From Pseudomonas sp. PIC25 (GTDB lineage Bacteria > Pseudomonadota > Gammaproteobacteria > Pseudomonadales > Pseudomonadaceae), in assembly GCF_002286785.1 (NCBI RefSeq), contig NZ_MUJY01000041.1:46710-110709 (forward strand): a stretch of DNA of 64,000 bases, read 5' to 3'. The notes under the pieces were generated by a model that saw nothing but the letters and a program-made list of their open reading frames with translations, did no database searches and was not told the origin of the DNA. The translations under genes and the position numbers were made by a program. How positions within the stretch are numbered: the first letter of the stretch is position 1; every line of letters begins with the position of its first letter. Below are positions 31,428-41,531 of this stretch, piece after piece.

Positions 31428-32573
31428 ATGAAAATGCTGAAGCGCTTTGTAGTGAAGAAGAACGAACGCGGCCTGTTGTTTTCCGAGGGCGACTTCCAGT
31501 CCGTCCTGGAGCCTGGCCTGTACCTGCGCTTCGACCCGTTCAACCGGCTGGCGGTAGAAACCTGCAGCCTCAATGCCCCGTTGTTCGAGCACCGCATCGC
31601 CGGTTACCTGCGCAAGAACGAGCCCGCCCTGATCGAGCGCCACTTCGCGCGCATGGATCTGGGCGAGCACGAAGCCGGCCTGCGCTACGAAGACGATGTA
31701 CTGGTGGAAATTCTTGCGCCGGGCGCCCGTCGTCTGTACTGGAAAGGCCAAGCCGACCAACGCCTGGAGCGCATCGGCCTGCGCCACGGCTACCGGCTGG
31801 ATGCGGCGCTGGTCTCTGTGCTGACCCAACCCAGCCTGCGTAGCCAGGGCCTGGTGGGCCTCGACGCGATACTACTGGTGCAGGTACCGGCGTTCCAGGT
31901 CGGCGTGCTCAAGGTCAACGGCGATGTGGCAGAGCTGCTCCCGTCCGGTCAGTACGGCTTCTGGCGCTTCAACCGGCAGATCGGCGTGGAATTGGTGGAT
32001 ACACGGCTCCAGACACTGGAAGTCGGCGGCCAGGAAATCCTCACCCGCGACAAAGTCAGCCTGCGCCTGAACTTGGCCGCCAACTGGCGCTACAGCGATG
32101 TGCTGCTGGCTCATGCACGACTGGCGAAGCCGCAGGAACACCTGTATCGCGAGCTGCAGTTCGGTCTGCGTGCAGCGGTGGGTACCCGGACGCTCGACGA
32201 ATTGCTGGAGAACAAACAGATCATCGACGAGACCGTGAGTGCTCACCTTGCTCGCAAACTGGCGGATACCGGCCTGGAAGTCAGCAGCCTCGGCGTGCGT
32301 GACATCATCCTGCCCGGCGAGATGAAGGCCCTGCTGGCCCAGGTGGTGGAAGCCGAGAAAGCGGCCCAGGCCAACGTGATCCGCCGGCGCGAGGAAACCT
32401 CGGCGACCCGTTCGCTGCTGAACACCGCCAAGGTGATGGAAGAAAACCCGACGGCACTGCGCCTGAAGGAACTGGAAACTCTCGAGCGGGTAGCCGAGCG
32501 GATCGACCGGATTTCCGTTTTCGGCGGCCTGGACCAGGTGCTGAACGGTCTGGTGAATATCGCACCGCGCTGA
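31428..32573 (+). CDS. SPFH/band-7 (stomatin-prohibitin-flotillin-HflK/C) domain protein with no obvious TM segment
   Basis: AAGGAG RBS. The C-terminal half is a clear SPFH domain (LARKLADTGLEVSSLGVRDIILPGEMKALLAQVVEAEKAAQANVIRRREE). Confidence 0.8.
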   Translation: MKMLKRFVVKKNERGLLFSEGDFQSVLEPGLYLRFDPFNRLAVETCSLNAPLFEHRIAGYLRKNEPALIERHFARMDLGEHEAGLRYEDDVLVEILAPGARRLYWKGQADQRLERIGLRHGYRLDAALVSVLTQPSLRSQGLVGLDAILLVQVPAFQVGVLKVNGDVAELLPSGQYGFWRFNRQIGVELVDTRLQTLEVGGQEILTRDKVSLRLNLAANWRYSDVLLAHARLAKPQEHLYRELQFGLRAAVGTRTLDELLENKQIIDETVSAHLARKLADTGLEVSSLGVRDIILPGEMKALLAQVVEAEKAAQANVIRRREETSATRSLLNTAKVMEENPTALRLKELETLERVAERIDRISVFGGLDQVLNGLVNIAPR

Positions 32574-32659
32574 TCAAAGTCTGTAAGGAGCGACGCCATC
32601 CGCTCACCCGAACATCCGACGGGCTGGTCGATCCAGACCGCGCAAAGAAGGACATGAAC

Positions 32660-33880
32660 ATGAAAGAACACAGCTACCAACTGCTGGAAGTCGCCAACGG
32701 CAAGCCGATCAAGCTTTGGACCCAGGGTGTACCGGTGGAAGAGGACGCCAAGCAGCAACTGACCAACACCGCGAAGATGCCGTTCATCTTCAGTCACCTG
32801 GCAGTCATGCCGGACGTACACCTGGGCAAGGGATCGACCATCGGCAGCGTGATTCCCACCGTCGGTGCGATCATTCCGGCCGCCGTCGGCGTGGACATCG
32901 GTTGCGGCATGATCGCCGCGCGCACCTCGCTGGTGGCCGCCGACCTGCCGGACAACCTGCACGGCCTGCGCAGCGCCATCGAGAAAGCCGTACCCCACGG
33001 CAAGACCTTCGGCAAGCGCGACCAGGGCGCCTGGGCCAATGTGCCGGACCAGGCCGATCACGCCTGGAAGGCCCTGGCCGGCCGCTTCAAGGCGATCACC
33101 GACAAGTACCCGAAGCTGGAGAAAACCAACAACCGTAACCACCTGGGAACCCTGGGCACCGGCAACCACTTCATCGAGGTCTGCCTGGACGAGGCGCAGC
33201 GCGTCTGGGTCATGCTGCACAGCGGTTCGCGCGGTGTGGGTAACGCCATCGGCAACACCTTCATCGAACTGGCCCAGGCCGACATGCGCCAGCACATCGC
33301 CAACCTGCCGGACCGCGACCTCGCCTACTTCGAAGAAGGCAGCAAGCACTTCGACGACTACGTGGAAGCGGTCGGCTGGGCGCAGGACTTCGCCAAGCAG
33401 AACCGAGCCTTGATGATGCATGCGGTGATCGAGGCGGCGCGCAAGGTCATCGGCAAGCCGTTCGAGGCCAACCTGGAAGCGGTGAACTGTCACCACAACT
33501 ACGTGCAGAAGGAGCGCCACTTCGGCCAGGAGGTCCTGGTGACCCGCAAGGGCGCGGTGTCGGCGCAGAAGGGCGAGCTGGGCATCATCCCCGGCTCCAT
33601 GGGAGCCAAGAGCTACATCGTGCGCGGCCTCGGCAACGAGGAGGCGTTCTGCTCCTGCAGCCACGGCGCCGGCCGGACCATGAGCCGGACCAAGGCGAAG
33701 AAGCAGTTCACCGTGGAAGACCAGATCCGCGCCACCGCTCACGTCGAATGCCGCAAGGACAAGGACGTGATCGACGAAATCCCGATGGCTTACAAGGACA
33801 TCGACGCGGTGATGGAGGCCCAGCGCGAGCTGGTGGAAGTGGTGCACACCCTGCGGCAAGTGGTGTGTGTGAAGGGATAG
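32660..33880 (+). CDS. rtcB: RNA-splicing ligase RtcB
   Basis: PFIFSHLAVMPDVHLGKGSTIGSV, the metal-ligand histidines and a C-terminal HGAGR motif. ATG at 32660 (alternative 32654). Confidence 0.95.
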   Translation: MKEHSYQLLEVANGKPIKLWTQGVPVEEDAKQQLTNTAKMPFIFSHLAVMPDVHLGKGSTIGSVIPTVGAIIPAAVGVDIGCGMIAARTSLVAADLPDNLHGLRSAIEKAVPHGKTFGKRDQGAWANVPDQADHAWKALAGRFKAITDKYPKLEKTNNRNHLGTLGTGNHFIEVCLDEAQRVWVMLHSGSRGVGNAIGNTFIELAQADMRQHIANLPDRDLAYFEEGSKHFDDYVEAVGWAQDFAKQNRALMMHAVIEAARKVIGKPFEANLEAVNCHHNYVQKERHFGQEVLVTRKGAVSAQKGELGIIPGSMGAKSYIVRGLGNEEAFCSCSHGAGRTMSRTKAKKQFTVEDQIRATAHVECRKDKDVIDEIPMAYKDIDAVMEAQRELVEVVHTLRQVVCVKG

Positions 33881-33884
33881 GCAA

Positions 33885-35228
33885 ATGACGAATCCAAAGG
33901 ACTGGCTGGAGCGGCTGAAAAGCCGCCCCGCCACGGGCAACTACTGGCAAGACTATCGCCAGCGTGAAGCCGTGGCGGTTCTGGAGGCCAATGAAAACAA
34001 TGGCGACTGGGTCGCCCTGAGCGCCTATGGGAACGGTTTCGTACGTGAAGCGGCCGTGCGCAGGCTGCTCGAAAGCCCCTCGCCGCAGGCCCTGGCGGCA
34101 CTGTTGGAGCGCCTCAATGACTGGGTTCCACAGGTTCGTGAGCTAGCCATTGAAGGCGTACGGCCGTATCTGGTGCAGACACAGGCGGAAGCGCTGCTGT
34201 ACGCCCTGAAACCCTTGATGGCCTTGGCCAAGCGCCAGCGTACCGATCACGCCCCGATCCTGGCGGCAGCCCGTGCCGCGCTGCTAGCGCCGGAGGTGCG
34301 CGTCACCCTGGAGAACGCCTGGCGGGACTCGCGTGGCTCGGAAGCACGCTTTTTGTTCGAATTGCTAGTGGAAGATCTCGAACACCGCCCGCAATTGCTT
34401 CGATGTGCCGTGTCCCACGCTGATATGAGCGTACGACGGATGGCCGTTCAGACCTGTGGCGAACTGCCGGCCGAGCAAGCCGTGCCACCTCTGGTCCGAG
34501 CGCTGGAGACACCCGGCGCCAGTGTACGCGTCATGGCCTTGCGCGCCCTACTGGGCCACTCCACCGAGCCGCACCCCTATCTGCAAAAGGCTCTGCTGGA
34601 TGCATCCACAGCCGTGCGCGCTCTGGCGCTCTGGGCGGCACCGCGCTGGAACCTGGATCCCCGCTCAGTGCTACGCGAACGCCTGCGACTGGCGCCACCA
34701 CAGACCAAGCGAGCTTGGCTCGGCATACTCGGCCTGGCGCATGACCTGAAAGAGACGCTGGATGAAGCCTGGCTAACTGCAGCCCAAAACGCCGGCCCGG
34801 CAGCCGTACGTCTGGCTTCGCTCGAGTGGCAGGCGGATAACATCCCAATGCTGGTCACGGCACTGAACGACGGCTCGAAAAGAGTCTTTCTGCGAGCAAC
34901 GGAACTGCTGCGAAAACAATCTTGGGCGGAAGTGCAAACATCGCTGGACGAACGGCTGGTCGAGGCCATGGACAGCGGTCGCCGGGATGCCCTGGTTCGC
35001 CTGAGACCGGGCTGGCAGCAACTCGCCTACCTGTTGCGCCGTCTGGATGCCGCTTCTCCGGAGGAGCGTGCAAGCACGCTGGAGCGTTTGAGCGACTGGT
35101 GCCTGGGGCAGTATCTGATCGTTGATCCGATGACACCGAAACCCCAACGCGATGCCCTACTTGCACGTGTCAGGGAGTTGGAAATGAGCGGCACCCTGCC
35201 TACCGGTTGCACCGAACGACTGAAGTAA
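33885..35228 (+). CDS. HEAT/PBS-lyase-like repeat protein (447 aa) between rtcB and rtcA
   Basis: Repeated Ala/Leu/Arg-rich helical units (AVRRLLESPSPQALAALLERLNDWVPQVRELAIEG; MSVRRMAVQTCGELPAEQAVPPLVRALETPGASVRVMALRALLGH). Coupled to the next gene through a TAA-AGGAGAG-ATG junction. Confidence 0.7.
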   Translation: MTNPKDWLERLKSRPATGNYWQDYRQREAVAVLEANENNGDWVALSAYGNGFVREAAVRRLLESPSPQALAALLERLNDWVPQVRELAIEGVRPYLVQTQAEALLYALKPLMALAKRQRTDHAPILAAARAALLAPEVRVTLENAWRDSRGSEARFLFELLVEDLEHRPQLLRCAVSHADMSVRRMAVQTCGELPAEQAVPPLVRALETPGASVRVMALRALLGHSTEPHPYLQKALLDASTAVRALALWAAPRWNLDPRSVLRERLRLAPPQTKRAWLGILGLAHDLKETLDEAWLTAAQNAGPAAVRLASLEWQADNIPMLVTALNDGSKRVFLRATELLRKQSWAEVQTSLDERLVEAMDSGRRDALVRLRPGWQQLAYLLRRLDAASPEERASTLERLSDWCLGQYLIVDPMTPKPQRDALLARVRELEMSGTLPTGCTERLK

Positions 35229-35238
35229 GGAGAGACCT

Positions 35239-35856
35239 ATGCTAGTCGTCACGGAACAAGCACGCAGCGAAGCGCTGCGCGTACGGATGGATGCAAGCGG
35301 TTGTGTATTCCAGTTCGTCGTGCTCGCCCTCGAGGGCGACGCGACAGTGGACGAGACCCTGCACCGCCAGGCTCTGTGGGCCATGCACGAACAGTTGATG
35401 GCCGAATTGCACGCCTGGCACCGACAACTCGTGGCGAACCCTGCCTACGTCAACCAGCCGGCCCCGAGCATCGACTGGCACCCGGAGCGCGCCCTTGCGC
35501 GCCGACTGGCTGATGATGAAGTCGCTGGCCTGAGACGGACCGAGCAGCCCTTCTATCGTGCCTTTCGCAAACCGCCCTACGACACGCGGTTCCTGGGTGG
35601 GGAGGCCGAAGCCCAGGCCTTGTTCCATGAATGGCTGGACCTGCTCGGGCTTGTGGATGGCGAGCAACCGGAAGTCATCGACTGGACTTCGAACCTGTCC
35701 GCCGACGGGACAAGCGAGGCCCTCGATGCCGCATCAAGCGAACCCTGGAGCGACTATTTCGATGCAGGCCTGGAGTGGTGGGGTGTTTGGTGCCTGACCA
35801 TCTGGAATCCACAGCGCAGAACCCTGAGCGTCGTGGGAGCCAGTACGACCGACTGA
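35239..35856 (+). CDS. Hypothetical protein (205 aa), acidic C-terminus
   Basis: Strong AAGGAGAG RBS 5 nt upstream of the ATG. No recognisable motif. Confidence 0.6.
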   Translation: MLVVTEQARSEALRVRMDASGCVFQFVVLALEGDATVDETLHRQALWAMHEQLMAELHAWHRQLVANPAYVNQPAPSIDWHPERALARRLADDEVAGLRRTEQPFYRAFRKPPYDTRFLGGEAEAQALFHEWLDLLGLVDGEQPEVIDWTSNLSADGTSEALDAASSEPWSDYFDAGLEWWGVWCLTIWNPQRRTLSVVGASTTD

Positions 35857-35906
35857 TGGAAGCCACCTGATGCATCAAGAACAAACGATTTGGATTGGAC
35901 GAGGAA

Positions 35907-36023
35907 ATGAATAAGGAAGAACGACATCCACTCCCCGCCCCGATGCGGGCACGGGTGCTGGAAGAACTGGCGCGCCTGGAACGCATCGAGCGGCAACTGG
36001 CCCATTCGGGAGAACAACCATGA
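35907..36023 (+). CDS. Possible 38-aa upstream ORF overlapping the rtcA start (ATGA)
   Basis: Encodes [38 protein letters not shown]. The stop overlaps the rtcA ATG. The RBS is poor. Confidence 0.2.
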   Translation: MNKEERHPLPAPMRARVLEELARLERIERQLAHSGEQP

Positions 36024-37043
36024 TGGGCGACTACCTGGAAATCGACGGTTCCATCGGCGGCGGCCAGATCCTGCGCAGCGCCTTGAGCCTGTCGATGGTC
36101 AGCGGGCGGCCGTTCCGCATCCACAATATCCGCTCCGGTCGCAGCCGGCCCGGCCTGCTGCGCCAGCATCTCACCGCCGTGCTGGCAGCAGCGGAGGTGT
36201 GTGGAGCGGAGGTGGCAGGCGCCCAGCTCGGCTCGCAGACGCTGGACTTCCAGCCCGGCGAGATTCAGGCAGGCGACTATCGCTTCAATATCGGTAGCGC
36301 CGGAAGCGCCACCCTGGTGTTGCAGACGTTGTTCCCGGCGCTGCTGGACGGGCCGGCGGCCAGCCGGGTACGCATCTTCGGCGGTACCCATAACCCGGCC
36401 GCGCCACCGGCCGATTTCATCGAGCGCAGTTGGTTGCCGCTGTTACGCCGGATGGGCGCTCAGGTGGACTTCCGCCTGCTGCGCCATGGCTTCGCGCCAG
36501 CGGGTGGCGGTGAGATCGAGTGCGAGGTGGTGCCGGCCCGGGACGCCGCTGCATCTCGAAGCACGCGGCGAAGTACTGGAGCAGCGTGCCCTAGCCCTGA
36601 TCGGCAATCTGCCCGGCCATATCGCCGAGCGTGAGCTGCAACGGGTAGCGCGCCGACTGCGCTGGCCGCAAGAGCAGTTGCACCAGCGCGCGGTGGCGAG
36701 CGCCGGGCCGGGCAATATCCTCCTGCTGGAGATCGCCTGCACCGATGTCTGCGAGCTGTTCAGCGCCATCGCCCAGACCGGCGTCCGTGCCGAGCGGGTG
36801 GCCGACCAGGCCATCGACGAAGCCCGCGCCTGGCTGCTCAGCGAAGCCGCGGTGGGCGAGCACCTGGCCGATCAGTTGCTGCTGCCCCTGGCGCTCGCCG
36901 GTGGCGGCAGTTTCACCACGCACCGGAGCAGCGCGCATCTGGAGAGCAACATCCAAGTCATCCGTCAGTTCCTGCAGACGGATATCCGCGTGGAGCCGTT
37001 GAGCGATGCCCGGCTGCGGGTGACGATCGGTAGCAGCGCTTGA
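36020..37043 (+). pseudogene. rtcA: RNA 3'-terminal phosphate cyclase RtcA with an apparent +1 frameshift at 36533-36542
   Basis: The N-terminal part (36020-36538) carries [14 protein letters not shown] and [12 protein letters not shown]. The C-terminal part (36537-37043) carries RGEVL...HIAERE...AAVGEHLADQLLLPLALAGG in the other frame. The switch falls in CCGGCCCGGG. Conceptual length is 340 aa. Confidence 0.75.
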
Positions 37044-37103
37044 CGAATTTCTCACATTCGCTGACCTAGAGTACGCGGTATCCCGTCTCCCGGACGATGC
37101 CGC

Positions 37104-37460
37104 ATGCCACGCTTGTTTTTCTCCCTGGTCCCCCTTCTCGCCCTGCTCGGCGGATGCCAGTCCTACCATGACTACCTACTTGCCCAAGGCTATCCGCCCG
37201 CGTACGCCGACGGCTTCCAGGACGGTTGCGGCAGCGGCAAGCAGGCCGTGGAGGGCATCGGCCGTTTCCGCAAGGATGTGCCGCGCTACCTGCGCGACCC
37301 GCTCTACGCGGAAGGCTGGGGCGATGCGTTCCACCAGTGCCAGACGGAAGCCGAAGCGGCCGAACGGCGCACCTATCTGGAACAGCGGAGCGAACGCGAC
37401 GAAGCGTGGGAGGAGCACGAACGCAACGCCTTCGCCCACGCGCTTACCGGGAGGAGGTAA
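37104..37460 (+). CDS. Putative lipoprotein (118 aa)
   Basis: Signal peptide ending LLALLGGC (lipobox-like). Confidence 0.5.
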   Translation: MPRLFFSLVPLLALLGGCQSYHDYLLAQGYPPAYADGFQDGCGSGKQAVEGIGRFRKDVPRYLRDPLYAEGWGDAFHQCQTEAEAAERRTYLEQRSERDEAWEEHERNAFAHALTGRR

Positions 37461-37592
37461 GCCGTTCGACCATGCCGACACAGACAGCGCAGACGACGTG
37501 TCCGGCCATCGAAAGAACTGCGCCTTACACCATCCAGCCCTCTTATACTGTCAACTACGCCACAACTCACCAAAGAGGCGACAGACATCGCT

Positions 37593-38519
37593 GTGAAAAA
37601 CTTTCGTTCGGCTTCCCGCCTGCTGGCCTTATGCGCAGGCTTAGCCCTTTCGCTGCACGTCCAGGCAGCGGACCCGGTAAAAAAACCCAAAGCCCTCGAA
37701 CTGGCCTCCGGCAGTGCCCTGGTGGTCGATTTGCAAAGCAATGAGATTCGCTTCGCGCAGAACCCTGATCTGGTGATGCCGATCGCCTCGATCACCAAGC
37801 TGATGACCGCCGTGGTGACGCTGGATGGCAAGCAGCCGCTGGACGAACAGCTCAGCGTTTCCAACCACGAAGCGGCGGCATTGCGCAGTGTGTTCTCGCG
37901 GGTACGGGTCAACAGTCAGTTGAGCCGCCGCGAGTTGCTGCAACTGACTCTGATGGCCTCGGAAAACCGCGCCGCCGCGACCCTGGCCCATCACTATCCG
38001 GGCGGCACCGCCGCTTTCGTCACGGCGATGAACGCCAAAGCCAAGGCCCTGGGCATGGCCAGCAGCCATTTCGTCGAACCCTCCGGGCTGGACAGCGGGA
38101 ACGTATCCACCGCACGCGACCTGTTGGCACTGCTGAAGGCCGCCCGCCAGTATCCGCTGATTCTGCAGATGAGTACCACGCGCCAGCAGCAGGTCACGTT
38201 CAGCCACCCCCGCTACAGCCTCGGTTTCTCCAATACCAATCCGCTGGTCAGGAACGGCACTTGGGACGTCCAGTTGAGCAAGACTGGCTTCCACAGCGAG
38301 GCGGGACGCTGCCTGGTGATGATCACGACCATGGCCAACCGGCAGGTGGCCATGGTCCTGCTCGATGCCTTCGGCAAGTACACCCACGTAGCCGACGCCA
38401 ACCGCCTGCGCCGCTGGCTGGAAACCGGCGTGAGCACTCCGGTACCGGCGGCAGCCAGGAACTATCGGCAGCAGCGCGACCTGTTGATCAGGCAGCAGAC
38501 GGCCCAGGCGCCCGAGTAA
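37593..38519 (+). CDS. pbpG: D-alanyl-D-alanine endopeptidase (PBP7/PbpG-like, S11 family)
   Basis: GTG start, signal peptide, and the SITK active-site motif (PIASITKLMTAVV), SxN and KTG boxes. Confidence 0.8.
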   Translation: MKNFRSASRLLALCAGLALSLHVQAADPVKKPKALELASGSALVVDLQSNEIRFAQNPDLVMPIASITKLMTAVVTLDGKQPLDEQLSVSNHEAAALRSVFSRVRVNSQLSRRELLQLTLMASENRAAATLAHHYPGGTAAFVTAMNAKAKALGMASSHFVEPSGLDSGNVSTARDLLALLKAARQYPLILQMSTTRQQQVTFSHPRYSLGFSNTNPLVRNGTWDVQLSKTGFHSEAGRCLVMITTMANRQVAMVLLDAFGKYTHVADANRLRRWLETGVSTPVPAAARNYRQQRDLLIRQQTAQAPE

Positions 38520-38651
38520 GGGCGCCCTTTCAGCGCTCGCCACGGAAAGGCGATTCTGTGAAGCGCAGCTCAGAAAGAGATCTCCCGTCGGCGGGCCGAA
38601 CGCTGCGTTCGAGCCCTCCAGCCGCTATGCTCGCGGCTCCCTGCCCCGAGC

Positions 38652-39623
38652 GTGCATATGGATATCCGACGCGAAAAACCCCTGCCCTTTTCCGCCTGGC
38701 TACCGTTCCTGGTTGGCGGAGCCTATGGCTTGCTGCTACGACTGCTGTTTTCCGGTCACGGCCCGATGCCTGATGCGATGGCCGGCGCCTTCGTCTATGG
38801 CATGCCGTTCGCCGTGGGAGCCGTCACCGTCTACCTGGCGGAGCGACAAAGCCGTCGCGGCTGGCTGTATTACTTCTTCGCCCCCTGGCTGTCGGTGACC
38901 CTGTGCGTCGTCGGCGCCGGCCTGACGCTGATCGAGGGGCTGATCTGTATCGCCATGGCCCTGCCGCTATTCGTCATGATCGGCTCGGTAGCCGGCCTGG
39001 TGACGGGCCTGCTGTGCCGCCAGCTCAATCGTCCACTGCGCTCCGTGCAGGGGCTGACCCTGCTACCACTGTTGCTGGTGCTGGGCGAAGGACTGATTCC
39101 CGGCGGCAATGGCCTCGACCGTATCGAGCGCAGCGTGCATATCGACGCTTCGCCTGATGCGGTCTGGAAACTGCTGCTCAACCCCAGCGACATCCGTCCG
39201 GAAGAAGTACGAAGCGGTCTGGCCTATCGCATCGGCGTTCCCGTCCCGGTACAGGCCCGGACCCTGGATGAGCGAATAGGTGGCATACGCCGTTCGACTT
39301 GGGCACGCGGCGTATATTTCGACGAAGTCATCACCGACTGGCAGCCCGGACGGCAGATCGCCTGGCGCTATGCGTTCCACCCGGACTCCTTCCCGCCCGG
39401 AACCATGGATGATCATGTGGTGATCGGCGGTCAGTATTTCGACCTGCTGGACACGACCTACCGGCTCACCCAGGAGAAAGGCGGCACCCGGCTGGATATC
39501 GAAGTCGGCTTCCGTACCAGCACCAAATTCAATTGGTACGCGATGCCAGTAGCCAAGCTGATGATCGGAGACACCGCGGAAACCCTGCTGGGCTTCTACA
39601 AAGGACGCCTGGAAACGAAGTGA
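38652..39623 (+). CDS. Membrane protein with a C-terminal SRPBCC/START-like domain
   Basis: Four to five TM helices, followed by VHIDASPDAVWKLLLNP, which is typical of polyketide-cyclase-like SRPBCC folds. Confidence 0.5.
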   Translation: MHMDIRREKPLPFSAWLPFLVGGAYGLLLRLLFSGHGPMPDAMAGAFVYGMPFAVGAVTVYLAERQSRRGWLYYFFAPWLSVTLCVVGAGLTLIEGLICIAMALPLFVMIGSVAGLVTGLLCRQLNRPLRSVQGLTLLPLLLVLGEGLIPGGNGLDRIERSVHIDASPDAVWKLLLNPSDIRPEEVRSGLAYRIGVPVPVQARTLDERIGGIRRSTWARGVYFDEVITDWQPGRQIAWRYAFHPDSFPPGTMDDHVVIGGQYFDLLDTTYRLTQEKGGTRLDIEVGFRTSTKFNWYAMPVAKLMIGDTAETLLGFYKGRLETK

Positions 39624-39679
39624 ATCACGGATAGACACGCCCCTTTCCCGCCAGGGAAAGGGGCTGTCCGAAGCGGCGG

Positions 39680-41344
<1,665 letters not shown>

Positions 41345-41531
41345 GGATGACCTTGGTTCTGTGACGAAAACATGAAACGGAGGGCGGGGACGCTGGCGGC
41401 GCTCCCGCGCGCGTGCGGCAAAGCTACCGGAATGCGCCCCGGAGGGCAAACGACGCTCGTCGGCAGAGCTGGCACTTTGCCAGTTTTCTAGGCATGCTAA
41501 CTTCCCCGCGCGTGATCCAGGCACGTGCGTC

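Noticed and set aside
32243-33940. 565-aa ORF on the minus strand
   Set aside because: It is antisense to the SPFH gene and rtcB, both of which have strong motif and RBS support.
41469-41483. Possible sigma-54 promoter upstream of morA
   Set aside because: TGGCAC is present, but the spacing and -12 element (TTGC) are missing. The sequence is instead a perfect palindrome, reported above as a candidate operator.
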